A stretch of DNA of 64,000 nt from a virus. Taxonomy: Duplodnaviria > Caudoviricetes. A program made the position numbers and the translations under genes. The notes under the pieces are model-generated. The model was not told the origin of the DNA. It did not search any database and saw only the letters and a list, made by a program, of their open reading frames with translations. Location: IMG/VR virus record IMGVR_UViG_3300037760_000038, positions 7,275-71,274 of that record; one strand, 5' to 3'. Position 1 is the stretch's first letter. Each line of letters begins with the position of its first letter. Of the stretch, positions 33,373-42,852 are shown one piece after another.

Positions 33373-33713
33373 GTACCCCCGAGTGCCCGGATAACAGCGT
33401 TTGCAAGATCGCCGACCCACTCCTGCGCATCCGGATCGTCCTCCAGCGCATATGACACGCCATCCATTCCGTAGTCGTCGTAGTCGAACCGCTTGATCGC
33501 GTTGACTACGGCGTCACGGTCAAGGTGGTCCGACGCTAGCCGGACGCCGGTTGCAACAGCGACGTTGAGTTCACGCGCCACCTGCTCGGCTGTGCGTCGG
33601 CTACTAGAGCAGACGACCGGGGAACCCACCTGCCTGCCGTCCTCGTAACGGTAGACGCGGGTAAAACCGCCGCTGTGTTCGGCGCGGTACTCGACGCGCG
33701 GGTCAGTCGTCAC
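33369..33713 (-). CDS. hypothetical protein
   Basis: 114-aa ORF in operon context. Confidence 0.6.
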   Translation of the reverse strand: MTTDPRVEYRAEHSGGFTRVYRYEDGRQVGSPVVCSSSRRTAEQVARELNVAVATGVRLASDHLDRDAVVNAIKRFDYDDYGMDGVSYALEDDPDAQEWVGDLANAVIRALGGT

Positions 33714-33872
33714 GGTTGGCCTTCTCTGCGGCGTAGTCGGGGTCGGATAGTTCTCGGATCTCCTCCAGTTCCGGAAGTTCGGACGGCAGCGCGTACATCA
33801 GCTGCTGCGCCAGCTCAGCGATTCGACCGAGCTTGGTCATGGCGTCTGCGATTTGGTCCACAATTGTGCTCC

Positions 33873-34730
33873 TCAATGACGGGTGTAGTCCTGCTTAAAG
33901 CCGACGTCGAGCAGAAAACGACGTTCGCGCTCGGGTCCCTGTTTCCGGCCGATGAGACACGCTTCGGTAAAGTCGCAACGCCACCGGCATGTGTCGCTGT
34001 TGGTGTGTCGCTCACCGTAGTTATGCGGGCCGAACATCGTGCGGGCTGTGGCAAGAGCTTCCGCCGCGATGGTGTCGAGTTCGTGGTCAGTGCGAGTCAT
34101 CAGATGCCGGTCGAATCGCTCATCGAGCGTCTGCGGCTTGACCTTGTTGCGCTTGGTGCGTGCGGTGCTGTACACCGATCCAAACGGCTTCTTTCCGAGC
34201 TGCCGGAGACCCCATGTGTACAGTCCGAACTGATCGTCGAGGTCGAGTTCCTTGTCGCGCGGAATGACCGCGTGAGACTTGTGATCGACCAGCCAGATCA
34301 TGTTGGTGTTGCGATCGCGGACGACCAGATCGATGATCATCTTGAGGATGAACCTGGACCGCCGACCGCTGGGATACCTTAGCGCCACCTGTGCCCGGTG
34401 CTCGATCGCCAGAATCTGCCACTCTTCGTCGCGCCCGTAACGTTCGAGGTATCCAGTGTACATCCACTCGAGCAGATCCAGCGTGTCAGGGTCCTTGCCC
34501 GCGCGCCGGAACTCGGTGAACTTGGCCTTGGTTGCGGCCTCGTGATCCTCGTCCGCCTTGATGGCAGAGTAGTGCGCGTCAAGGATCTTATGCCACATAG
34601 TGCCGCGACCGGCAGCCGTGGTTTCGTCCTTGGCCGTAGTCCACCGGTCGCGATAGGCCAACTGCTCTTTGTGCGGGCACTGTTTGAACGCGTCGAGCTG
34701 AGAGAAGCTGATGATAATGTCGCTGGTCAC
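33873..34730 (-). CDS. PD-(D/E)XK RecB/Cas4-like exonuclease
   Basis: ISFSQLDAFKQCP, GTMWHKILD, IIDLVV..LVDHKS, QFGLY, CRWRCDF..C. Confidence 0.88.
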   Translation of the reverse strand: MTSDIIISFSQLDAFKQCPHKEQLAYRDRWTTAKDETTAAGRGTMWHKILDAHYSAIKADEDHEAATKAKFTEFRRAGKDPDTLDLLEWMYTGYLERYGRDEEWQILAIEHRAQVALRYPSGRRSRFILKMIIDLVVRDRNTNMIWLVDHKSHAVIPRDKELDLDDQFGLYTWGLRQLGKKPFGSVYSTARTKRNKVKPQTLDERFDRHLMTRTDHELDTIAAEALATARTMFGPHNYGERHTNSDTCRWRCDFTEACLIGRKQGPERERRFLLDVGFKQDYTRH

Positions 34731-35212
34731 TTCGCCACCCGCTGCCGCAGCTTAGCCTTCAGCTTGTCGGACGCGCCGATGTCGGTCATCTGCTGTAGTG
34801 CGTCATCGAGCGTCAGCGGACCGGCGGCAATGTCCTTCTGAAGACGGCTCAGAAGCTTGCTGTCGTGGCCGGGACGGAAGAGGCCACCGGAGGGGTCTCC
34901 GCAGCCACAGCCGCAGGGGGTGCGGGCGCCAGCAGCCGGGCGGGTACGAGAGGCCACGGGAGACCCCTCCGGGGCCCGGGACGGGGCACCCGGGTGCGGG
35001 GGCTCCTGGCCGATGTCTCGGGCGTTGGCGTTCTCGGCGTGCACCTTGGTCGAGTTGTAAGCGTGAGAAGGTGTCGAGGTTGCCTTGCCTTCGTAACCGC
35101 ATCGGCACGCGCACTTGAACTGGTTGCCGGTCGTGGTCTCGGGCGACTGCGGAGCGTGCTTGAGATCCTTGGACCAACCGAACGTTTTCTTGGCGGCTTC
35201 ACTGATCGCCAC
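34727..35212 (-). CDS. PGHD-family protein 2
   Basis: CACRC..H..H N-domain; PCGCGC..FRPGHDSKL; RBS AGGAGG; promoter TTGCTC-17-TAGACT at 35250-35278. Confidence 0.75.
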   Translation of the reverse strand: MAISEAAKKTFGWSKDLKHAPQSPETTTGNQFKCACRCGYEGKATSTPSHAYNSTKVHAENANARDIGQEPPHPGAPSRAPEGSPVASRTRPAAGARTPCGCGCGDPSGGLFRPGHDSKLLSRLQKDIAAGPLTLDDALQQMTDIGASDKLKAKLRQRVAK

Positions 35213-35279
35213 TGGGCTTACCTCCTGGTGGTGCCGGTGTTGTGTACCTAGTCTACCAGGCAGTTGCCGCCAGAGCAAG

Positions 35280-35831
35280 TCATGACCGATGACCCGTAAC
35301 GTTAGCCCATCGCTTACCCCGCCAAATCTCGGACACCGTGGATATCGAAATTCCAAGCTCTTTGGCTACTGCGGTGACCTTGCCCGACTCGCGCCGATTG
35401 TATATTGCAAGTATCTGCTGGTCAGTAAATTTGCGGGACCTGCTGCGAGCTGAGTTGGTTCGATGGTACGGGTTAATGCATAGGCTGTTGCCGCACTTGG
35501 GGGCCGTCTGTCTGGGTCGGCTTCCGCCGAACCATTCGGATACCATCCAGCTAAACGCCATGTGCGCGGCGCCGCTTCGCTGCATAGGCTTCTTGACGTG
35601 GTATATCGGGTGCAGCGTTCCGCCTTTAGGTGCGCGGCGGGTGGCGCCGGTCCAGATCCAGCAGCCGCCCGGAGTTCGATTGATACGCCTAACAAAGTTG
35701 CGCCTGCGACGGTTGCGCTTGGTCCATGACTCCCTGTGCTCGTATACGCCGCGAAGGGCTGGTTCCTGAAGCTTTCTCCAGGCCAGCCCTTCGCGGGTTG
35801 CTTCTCTGTGTGTCACACTCGCCCTCCGCAC
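35280..35831 (-). CDS. His-Me finger (HNH-like) protein with C-terminal HTH
   Basis: GGCWIWTGA, CGNSLCINPYH, VAKELGISISTVSEI. Confidence 0.75.
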   Translation of the reverse strand: MRRASVTHREATREGLAWRKLQEPALRGVYEHRESWTKRNRRRRNFVRRINRTPGGCWIWTGATRRAPKGGTLHPIYHVKKPMQRSGAAHMAFSWMVSEWFGGSRPRQTAPKCGNSLCINPYHRTNSARSRSRKFTDQQILAIYNRRESGKVTAVAKELGISISTVSEIWRGKRWANVTGHRS

Positions 35832-36709
35832 ACGGGGCCGATGCCCGCGTCAATCGAACGCTCGTCGGTAAGAGTGCGGCTGCACACGCAGCACACCCCG
35901 TAAATCTTGCCGAACTCCTGCGCCTCCTCCAGGCTCAGCCGGTGCTCTGCCCGCAGCCGGGCGATGGCGCCAGACTCGAACTGGAACGAGAACGATCCGT
36001 CGCCGTTGTCAGCCAGAACCTTGGCGTACTGACGGCCGGAGCCGTGAACCGCGTGCTGAACCTTGTAGATCTGGCCATTTCGGCGGTACATCCCGTCCTC
36101 CAGCGCCGGAGCGTCAACGGCGTCCGGCCGGGTGCGAAGGACGTCGATCAGCTCGCTGGCCTCCTTGGCTGACAGCCCGTCCATGTCGATCTGCTTGTGA
36201 CCCTTGCGCTCGATCAGCGACCGAAGGTAAGTGCGCTGCTTGTCGCTGGCAGGCCGGACGCCGCCCGCTGCCGGGGTGCTAACCGACTTCATGGCCTCAA
36301 TGACCTTGGATGCGATGGTGCGGCTGATCTGTCCGCCCTTGGCCAGCGTGTCCAGGTGCTTACGGACGTTCGGGCTGAGGGTGTCACGGTCGGCGTTCGC
36401 GGTCAGCGACTTGATGAACGCCAACTGCTTTTCCGTGGCGGGGTCGCGCAGCGTGCGGCCGGTGCTGGTGTTGGACCCGTTGCCGTTCGCCCGGCGGTCG
36501 GTCTCCACGGTAGTTCCCTGGGCACCCTCGCCGATCAGGCTGTTCAGCTGCGCTTCGTAACCGGACAGAACCTTGGCCAGCCCGACCCGGAGCCCGCAGG
36601 GGCTGTCGGCGGAGCAGCACTCCTCGTTGTGCGCGATGAACGCCTCTTCGATCATCTCGATCTGGAATTCGAGACCGGTCTTGCTGGCAACTGCCGCGAT
36701 GGTGGCCAT
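35813..36709 (-). CDS. DUF6011-like protein with ASxKQ repeats
   Basis: ATEKQLAFI, ASDKQRTYL; CCVCSRTLTDERSIDAGIGPVC. Confidence 0.75.
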   Translation of the reverse strand: MATIAAVASKTGLEFQIEMIEEAFIAHNEECCSADSPCGLRVGLAKVLSGYEAQLNSLIGEGAQGTTVETDRRANGNGSNTSTGRTLRDPATEKQLAFIKSLTANADRDTLSPNVRKHLDTLAKGGQISRTIASKVIEAMKSVSTPAAGGVRPASDKQRTYLRSLIERKGHKQIDMDGLSAKEASELIDVLRTRPDAVDAPALEDGMYRRNGQIYKVQHAVHGSGRQYAKVLADNGDGSFSFQFESGAIARLRAEHRLSLEEAQEFGKIYGVCCVCSRTLTDERSIDAGIGPVCGGRV

Positions 36710-36738
36710 TGGAGTGTCCCTTCGGTTGATGTACCACC

Positions 36739-36769
36739 ATTCTAACATACGACTTGCTAATGGCGCAAG
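36739..36769 (-). promoter_or_regulatory. promoter
   Basis: TTGCGC-18-TAGAAT; CTTGCT-N5-CGCAAG. Confidence 0.8.
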
Positions 36770-36772
36770 TAC

Positions 36773-36808
36773 ACCTCGACCCCTGCCGCAAAAGGCAGGG
36801 GTCGAGGT
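36773..36808. terminator. hairpin terminator
   Basis: ACCTCGACCCCTGCC/GGCAGGGGTCGAGGT perfect inverted repeat. Confidence 0.75.
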
Positions 36809-36812
36809 CTGA

Positions 36813-37211
36813 TCACCTGACAGCAGCAGCAATGATGTCGGCGTGGTCGAACGCCAGGGGCGGCAGGGCGTCCAGAGGCCACCACCTGGCCTCGACCGCA
36901 TCGTCACCCGCGAACGGGATTACGCCCCACTCGAGGTCGGCCCGATAGGCCACCGTAACGTATCGACCTCGAGGATCGCGGCCAGGCTCATGGAACGCGC
37001 CGATTTCGATAAAGTCCGAGTGCATGATCACGCCGGTCTCTTCATCCAGTTCGCGCCGGGCAGCGTCCCGTGCTGTTTCACCCTCGTCGACGTGTCCGCC
37101 CGGCAGGGCCCAACAGCCCTTGAACGGGTCCCACCCGCGCTTGATCAGCAGGACCTTGCCTTCAGCCACGGCCACCACGTCTGCGGTTAGCTTGATAACT
37201 TCGTCACTCAT
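36813..37211 (-). CDS. Nudix hydrolase
   Basis: Nudix box GGHVDEGETARDAARRELDEETG; RDPRG; LAFDH. Confidence 0.92.
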   Translation of the reverse strand: MSDEVIKLTADVVAVAEGKVLLIKRGWDPFKGCWALPGGHVDEGETARDAARRELDEETGVIMHSDFIEIGAFHEPGRDPRGRYVTVAYRADLEWGVIPFAGDDAVEARWWPLDALPPLAFDHADIIAAAVR

Positions 37212-37465
37212 TTTGATCGCTCCTCGTGCTGCTGCGCGGCCTCGTCCGCTCCGCCGGAGTAGAAGCGGTTCCAGAGGTTACCCGTCAGACAGTCGTAAAC
37301 TTCCTCGTTGATCTCGCCCCCGTTGGTCAGCACCTCGTTGGCTGTGGCGCCGAACTGCGCGCCGGACAACCGGGTCAAGAACAGAGCCTCCTCGGCTGTC
37401 AGAACCAAACAGACCTTACGCGGATCTCCGTCGCTGTTGAGCTTGATGGACTTGACGCGCGCCAT
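37208..37465 (-). CDS. hypothetical protein
   Basis: translationally coupled ORF. Confidence 0.65.
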   Translation of the reverse strand: MARVKSIKLNSDGDPRKVCLVLTAEEALFLTRLSGAQFGATANEVLTNGGEINEEVYDCLTGNLWNRFYSGGADEAAQQHEERSK

Positions 37466-37686
37466 CAGCCGGTCACCACCTTGTCAGGGTTGATCGCGTG
37501 GCAATCGCGACCGGAATAGCGCCACTCCCCCGCGATGCCGTCAACCACCCAGGGCATCGGGTCGAACGCGCTGCGCGGCTTGAGCAGCATCTTGCGGTTT
37601 TCGAACGGCTGCCACGAGCACACGACGACCTTGCCGCTCTGACGCGCCTTCAGCAGTTCCCTGGTGTAGTTGCGCTTCTTGCTCAT
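37465..37686 (-). CDS. hypothetical protein
   Basis: RBS GAGGGG; first gene after the 37719 promoter. Confidence 0.7.
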   Translation of the reverse strand: MSKKRNYTRELLKARQSGKVVVCSWQPFENRKMLLKPRSAFDPMPWVVDGIAGEWRYSGRDCHAINPDKVVTG

Positions 37687-37718
37687 CTTGGCCCCTCGTG
37701 TTGTCTTGGTGTTTCACC

Positions 37719-37749
37719 ATTCTAACATCTGGCTTGCCAATGACGCAAG
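37719..37749 (-). promoter_or_regulatory. promoter
   Basis: TTGCGT-18-TAGAAT; CTTGCC-N5-CGCAAG. Confidence 0.8.
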
Positions 37750-37814
37750 TACCGGATACAGACAAAGGCCGGTAGTCCCATTTCGTTCTTTGCGGGACTA
37801 CCGGCCCGAGGGTG

Positions 37815-38183
37815 TCAGCCGTCTGTCGGAACGGGGAACTGCCGGTTGAACTCGTCCATGCTGTCTGGCTTACCGGTCAGCGTGATCACATTGGAAATCC
37901 GGCGACCACCGTTGAGGTAAACCCGGATGGTGCCTTCACCGTGTACGTACCCGGTTTCGATGTCGTGCCCGCTGGCGCGATGACGCCACCTCCCCGCGTG
38001 AACCACTTCGAACTCGCTGGAGTTCAGGCGTTCGATCAGTGATTCCAGCTGAGTTCGAATGACCTCAATTCTCTGACGCGGGGTCAAGTTCCTGATCTCC
38101 TGTCTCGTCGTCGATGTCGGGGTGGAACACGTGCTGTCGAAGGAAGTCTCCGAAAGCGTCCGGACCCTTGGTGAAGGCGTCAA
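37815..38183 (-). CDS. hypothetical protein (true start probably downstream of 38100)
   Basis: ORF following the HTH gene; hairpin at about 37764-37807 after it. Confidence 0.45.
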   Translation of the reverse strand: MTPSPRVRTLSETSFDSTCSTPTSTTRQEIRNLTPRQRIEVIRTQLESLIERLNSSEFEVVHAGRWRHRASGHDIETGYVHGEGTIRVYLNGGRRISNVITLTGKPDSMDEFNRQFPVPTDG

Positions 38184-38346
38184 GCGCCCCCTCGTGGTCC
38201 AGATCGTATTCCTTTACGATGCGTCCTAGCAGCCTGCGACCTGGGAGACGTTCACCAGAACGGAGACGAGAGGCCGTGGTAAAGTGGCACTCAACCCGAT
38301 CAGCAAAGTCGTCCAGTGTCACGGCGCGTCCCGTGCTCTTGTTCAT
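38065..38346 (-). CDS. XRE-family HTH regulator
   Basis: TLDDFADRVECHFTTASRLRSGERLPG; leaderless from promoter TAGCGC-18-TACAAT (38353-38382). Confidence 0.8.
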   Translation of the reverse strand: MNKSTGRAVTLDDFADRVECHFTTASRLRSGERLPGRRLLGRIVKEYDLDHEGALDAFTKGPDAFGDFLRQHVFHPDIDDETGDQELDPASEN

Positions 38347-38402
38347 ACTCCCATTGTACCACGGAACTTGTCTAGAGCGCTAGTGTGGACATTAGGGTTG
38401 GG

Positions 38403-39914
38403 CTACAGGCCACCAGGGTTGCCGAACTGAGTAGCTCGGACCACTCGTGCCGTGATTGTATTGGCCAAGTTAGTTGTCTGTCGCTCCATGACGAGAAATG
38501 CCGTCCGAACACCGCCCCCGATCAGATCGGGGTGCGTAACAAACGGCTGCGTTTCGCCGAGTGCCAGCGAGCTGAGTGCTTCATCCAGGTTGTCGTACAG
38601 AAACTGCCCCAGCTGGATGAAGATGTTTTGAGTCGGGAAGCAGTGAACCCGTTGGACTGTGGTCAAGCTCGAAGACCCCGGTAGCGCGGTTACGGTGCCG
38701 TCCACGTCGTAAATTGTCGGGTCCACCGTGGTTCGAGTGCTGGCGCCAATCACCTGGGTCTGTGTGACATACCGGAACTCGGCAGGCGACTGTGCGTTGA
38801 ACGGCGACACGTTGGGGTCGTCGGGGTTGTTCTGGTAGTTAGCTCCGGGATTGAAGATATTACCTGACGTCAAGCTGAACGTCAACGAACTTTCAATGGC
38901 CGCTGCCTGAATGCCGTCAACTCGAATGTCTCCGAGAGACAGCAGCAGGTCTTGAGTGAACGATACCGGGTGGGTGGCTAGGACCGGCGAGTCCTGAACG
39001 CTTACAATTTCGTTCGACAGCACCACCACACGTCCGAGGATTGCGAACTGTCGCCGCTGTGCTCGGGTCGGAACGCCGTCGTTCTGTACGATCGCGCCTA
39101 CGTCGTTAACCATGAAGTACGTGAGCGGGTCGGTCAGGTCGTCCAGTGCAACTGTGGTTGGCCCGTATTCAACTACAGAGAAGCCCTGCACAGTTGACGT
39201 GTGATCGGTGAATACCGCCACCCCCACCGGAATGTTCACCGATGTTGGGGTATCCAACGTAATCGGACCCGTGGTGTATACGACCCCGGTTGACGATGCA
39301 ACCGACAGGTCCCGTGCTACTTCCATATCGAAGCCATTGTGCACGATCTGAAGCGCGCCGGTCATCGTGTCGCCCGAACGCTGAACCGCGTCCGTGTTCA
39401 GATCCAGTCGAGGGTCATCGCCAGCGGCCACGGTGCCAGCAGTTGAGCCTACGTCTCGAACAGCGCTGTCTCCCAAGCCCAGGTGCTCTCGGGCAAGGTC
39501 GGTATCCGCCAACGACGGATTCGGGTAAGTTCCGGTTAGGTCGCCACCTGCCGCGTTGTCCGGAACAGTTTCGCCGGGTGCCACCGCGATAAGGTCCGTA
39601 ATGTCGATCGAACCCGCGCCGTCCGTCACTTCAAAGTACGCGGTGCGCGGAGGCGCGTTTCTGATTCGCTCAGTGAATCGCCACAGCTTACCCTGGACCG
39701 GCAGCACATCCGGAGCGTCTGTTCGTACCAACGACTGGCTGAACTCCCCATTTTCGTTGAGGTCGATTTCTTGTCGGCCCACCATGATCTGGTTGCCGTC
39801 TTCGTCCGTCCAGACGGATGGACTGGGACTGAATATCACACTGCCGGTGCGCGGCAGACCGGTAACGGGATGCGTGTACTTGCCAGTAACCACGCGCCGT
39901 GGGGGTAACGCCAT
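38403..39914 (-). CDS. tail fibre/accessory virion protein
   Basis: actinophage fibre adaptor-like N-terminus; AGGDLTGTYPNP and AGTVAAGDDPR linker motifs. Confidence 0.6.
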   Translation of the reverse strand: MALPPRRVVTGKYTHPVTGLPRTGSVIFSPSPSVWTDEDGNQIMVGRQEIDLNENGEFSQSLVRTDAPDVLPVQGKLWRFTERIRNAPPRTAYFEVTDGAGSIDITDLIAVAPGETVPDNAAGGDLTGTYPNPSLADTDLAREHLGLGDSAVRDVGSTAGTVAAGDDPRLDLNTDAVQRSGDTMTGALQIVHNGFDMEVARDLSVASSTGVVYTTGPITLDTPTSVNIPVGVAVFTDHTSTVQGFSVVEYGPTTVALDDLTDPLTYFMVNDVGAIVQNDGVPTRAQRRQFAILGRVVVLSNEIVSVQDSPVLATHPVSFTQDLLLSLGDIRVDGIQAAAIESSLTFSLTSGNIFNPGANYQNNPDDPNVSPFNAQSPAEFRYVTQTQVIGASTRTTVDPTIYDVDGTVTALPGSSSLTTVQRVHCFPTQNIFIQLGQFLYDNLDEALSSLALGETQPFVTHPDLIGGGVRTAFLVMERQTTNLANTITARVVRATQFGNPGGL

Positions 39915-39949
39915 ATGCAGTCTCCAGCCTCAAGTAGAACTTTCTGCGG

Positions 39950-40990
39950 TCACTTCTTGCGCAGGCCGCTGGCCACCTCGAACGCGTACTGCCAGGTCTT
40001 GGGTCCGGTGAGACCGTCCGCCGGTCCGAGATCGCGCAGGTAGTGACGCTGAAGTGCTGCCACCTTCTGCATGTCGATGGGGTTCATTCGGGTGGACGGG
40101 CCGACCTTGTATCGCGGTCCCCAGTTACCCTTGTGCAGCCATTCCTGCAGCCGCCGAGCGTGCGCGTTGTTGGCGCCCAGCACGAAGAACTGACGCCCGG
40201 GGAACGCAGGGATCTTCGGTTTGGATGCAGCAGGCGGAGCGGTGACCGTTGAACGAGGGATCTCCAGGGGCTGACCGGGAATGATCAAGTCAGGGTTGGT
40301 CAACTTGTTGACCTTGACCAGATCGTTCACGGTGGTCTTGAAACGTTCGGCGATAGCGGTCAGAGTGTCCCCCCGGACCACAGTGTAAGTGTTGCCTCCA
40401 GCAAGCCGAGCCGCGATGCGGGTTCGCATCAAGTTCATGGTGAATCCGCGCGGGTCGATTTTGCCAGACCGCCACTCGAGGTGACCGATCACTGACTGTT
40501 CGTTCCACTTGTGGAACCGACATACCGCAGCCGACACGCGTTCGATTGCGTCAAGCTGCTCGTCAGGCCAGGGGTCCTTGCCATCGCCCATGTTCTCGCA
40601 CTCGAACCCGTAGAACCGGGCGTTGCCGTCCGTATTGTTGGACGTGGGTCGAGGGCGGGTGGCGCTTTCTCGCATGACAGCGGCCAAAACCGTCTTGTCA
40701 CCGGAGCCCGCGTGGTTGGTTCGGCCATAACCGATCAGATGAACTGTGCCATCCTTGGCGATCACACCGTGACACAGCGGGCCCGGTAGACCCGCGTATC
40801 CGTCGCGACAGATCTCCACGGTTCTCTGAGTTCCTCGGGTGACTGTGTGATGGATCATCACGCCGTTGACCGGACCCCACGCGCCGATTCGGTCGCGGTT
40901 GTGGGTTCGCCAAGCCCCTACTTCGACTACCGACACACCCTCCTGTCGAAGGATTCTAACGAAATCACCGCTGGGCATGGGCTTGGCCAT
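39950..40990 (-). CDS. endolysin: N-acetylmuramoyl-L-alanine amidase plus LysM
   Basis: MIHHTV, NHAGSG, GFECEN, GHLEW..KIDP; LysM YTVVRGDTLTAIA..NPDLIIPGQ. Confidence 0.9.
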   Translation of the reverse strand: MAKPMPSGDFVRILRQEGVSVVEVGAWRTHNRDRIGAWGPVNGVMIHHTVTRGTQRTVEICRDGYAGLPGPLCHGVIAKDGTVHLIGYGRTNHAGSGDKTVLAAVMRESATRPRPTSNNTDGNARFYGFECENMGDGKDPWPDEQLDAIERVSAAVCRFHKWNEQSVIGHLEWRSGKIDPRGFTMNLMRTRIAARLAGGNTYTVVRGDTLTAIAERFKTTVNDLVKVNKLTNPDLIIPGQPLEIPRSTVTAPPAASKPKIPAFPGRQFFVLGANNAHARRLQEWLHKGNWGPRYKVGPSTRMNPIDMQKVAALQRHYLRDLGPADGLTGPKTWQYAFEVASGLRKK

Positions 40991-41010
40991 GGTCGTACCG
41001 CCTATCTTTG

Positions 41011-42138
41011 TTAAGACTCCGATCGAGTCTTCTTTTTGTTGGCCTGAAAAGTCCTGGCGGAGGGCTGAGCGGGTCGAGTCCTTCGCGGCGGCATCACCGG
41101 AGAACCGTACGTGCCGTCCGCCAGCGACACCAGGAAATCCGCCCAGGATTTGCCGCCGCAGCCGCGTAGAGGCGAAGGAATGATGGACTCGGCATACCGG
41201 AGGTCGGTTTCCGACAGACCATCGGCAACGGCTTGACGTACCAGTACGGGGAGTTCCTCCAGCGAGCTGGCATGCAACCCTACCGGCAGAGTGTAGACCT
41301 CCTGCTCGAGGGTTCCGGCGCGGCAGCTGGCTCCTCGCTGAATATTTCGCTGACGGGTCATCCATGAAGGCAAAACGATGGGCTTACCCAGCACCAGCGC
41401 TTCATGGATGGACGATCCGCCGTCCGGAATCACCACCTGCGCTTCGACGTACTGAGACAGCGTACCGCAGTGGCCGGGGGAGTGGCGGGGGTGCGGAGCC
41501 AACACCACTTCGAACTCGTCAGAATCGAACGCCGACAGCATCAGGTCTCGGTTCCACCAGGAAGTGGCGCGGGCTCCGGGCGCTCGTCGATTCCCGTACC
41601 GGTGTGCTTCACTGCCGCCACCATGAGTAGGGGCGTACAGAACGCGAGTACGGCCGTCCATCGACCACACGTCTGTGCCGTCGATTTGATCGTTGAACAC
41701 GGGATCAAGCTTGGGATATCCTAGCTCCACAATGCGACGGCCCCTGAAGGTGAGGGAATCTGCGAAACGGTTTCGCCAGCGTGTTACCCGCCTGCCGCCG
41801 CTAGCCTCGATCTTCCGAGTGAACGCAGGTCCCGGCACGACCATGTGGGTAAAAGTGCTGGTCTTGACGTTGTCTCGGTACCGTTTGTCAGCTATGCCGT
41901 GACTAGTGTGCACCGACGCCACCTCCTGCCGCGCAGCCACCCGCTGATATCGGTCGCGATTGCACAGATACACGTTGACAGCGTGGCTCCTGGGCTGTCG
42001 ATCGACGGTATACGGGTACCCCAACGCATCAAGGGCTTCCCACACCGGCCGGTAGTACAGATCGCCTTGACCACCCAGGATCAGACCCGAAGAGTCCCAC
42101 GAGGTGTCGTTCATCGCAAAGTGCAGAGGGGCAGCCAT
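41011..42138 (-). CDS. CDP-glycerol glycerophosphotransferase (TagF-like, GT-B fold)
   Basis: HTSHG, GYPKLD, VLYAPTHG, APHP, DGGSSIHEALVLGKP. Confidence 0.75.
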   Translation of the reverse strand: MAAPLHFAMNDTSWDSSGLILGGQGDLYYRPVWEALDALGYPYTVDRQPRSHAVNVYLCNRDRYQRVAARQEVASVHTSHGIADKRYRDNVKTSTFTHMVVPGPAFTRKIEASGGRRVTRWRNRFADSLTFRGRRIVELGYPKLDPVFNDQIDGTDVWSMDGRTRVLYAPTHGGGSEAHRYGNRRAPGARATSWWNRDLMLSAFDSDEFEVVLAPHPRHSPGHCGTLSQYVEAQVVIPDGGSSIHEALVLGKPIVLPSWMTRQRNIQRGASCRAGTLEQEVYTLPVGLHASSLEELPVLVRQAVADGLSETDLRYAESIIPSPLRGCGGKSWADFLVSLADGTYGSPVMPPRRTRPAQPSARTFQANKKKTRSES

Positions 42139-42144
42139 GGCCGT

Positions 42145-42852
42145 TTAGGTCTCCGGGGTCCACAGGTATGGGCGGGTGTAAGGAGGCGAGAACGAACGAT
42201 CGTCCGGAACGTCTTGTAGGACAACGTTCTTTTCGTCAAGAAAGTCGTCCCACGAGGATTCGCGGCTTTTGCCGATCTCCTGATCGAGCCGCTTCATCAC
42301 GGCAGTACGGCGCTGGCGATTTTCCGGTACCGAGTTCTTCAGGTGGTATATCCGCACGTCAAGATGCGGGTGCAGCTTTCGGCGCTTCCTAGCTCCGTTG
42401 TTGATTATCCGAGAGTGGATACGGCGGTGTCCGACGCGACCGAACATGTCAGCCACAGGAAACAGCCGAAACCGGGGCCGGTACTTGAACTGGCCGTCGA
42501 TGCGGAATTGCGCCATGGTCCACATCTCGCAAATACGGACTGCCCTAGGAGCCTTGGGGCCGGTGTTAACGGCGTCACGGATGACGTCGGCTGCTCGGTC
42601 CTCGAATCGCTCGTCAGGGGACGATAGCAGGAACCATCGACCCCCCATCTTTCGAGCAAAAGCTCGTTGCTTGCGCCGGTAGGCGCCTTCATCTTGCCAG
42701 TCTCCGCGCTGCTTACGGTTGTCGATGACGTGGAAGTCGTCGACTATCGGCTCAATATTTTTGATGAAATCGTCAACCAGCCACTGGGGTTCCCAGCGCC
42801 AGCCGAACACAGCTACCAGCTTGTTTCTGTTCACGACGTTTCCCACACCCAC
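42145..42852 (-). CDS. GT2-like glycosyltransferase
   Basis: VDDFHVIDN, DEG..R, WFLLSSPDERF, IYHL. Confidence 0.7.
   Translation of the reverse strand: MGVGNVVNRNKLVAVFGWRWEPQWLVDDFIKNIEPIVDDFHVIDNRKQRGDWQDEGAYRRKQRAFARKMGGRWFLLSSPDERFEDRAADVIRDAVNTGPKAPRAVRICEMWTMAQFRIDGQFKYRPRFRLFPVADMFGRVGHRRIHSRIINNGARKRRKLHPHLDVRIYHLKNSVPENRQRRTAVMKRLDQEIGKSRESSWDDFLDEKNVVLQDVPDDRSFSPPYTRPYLWTPET

Noticed and set aside
33873-34730. Cas4 or a CRISPR system
   Set aside because: No repeat-spacer array or other cas genes; it is a typical phage recombination exonuclease near an AAA ATPase and SSB.
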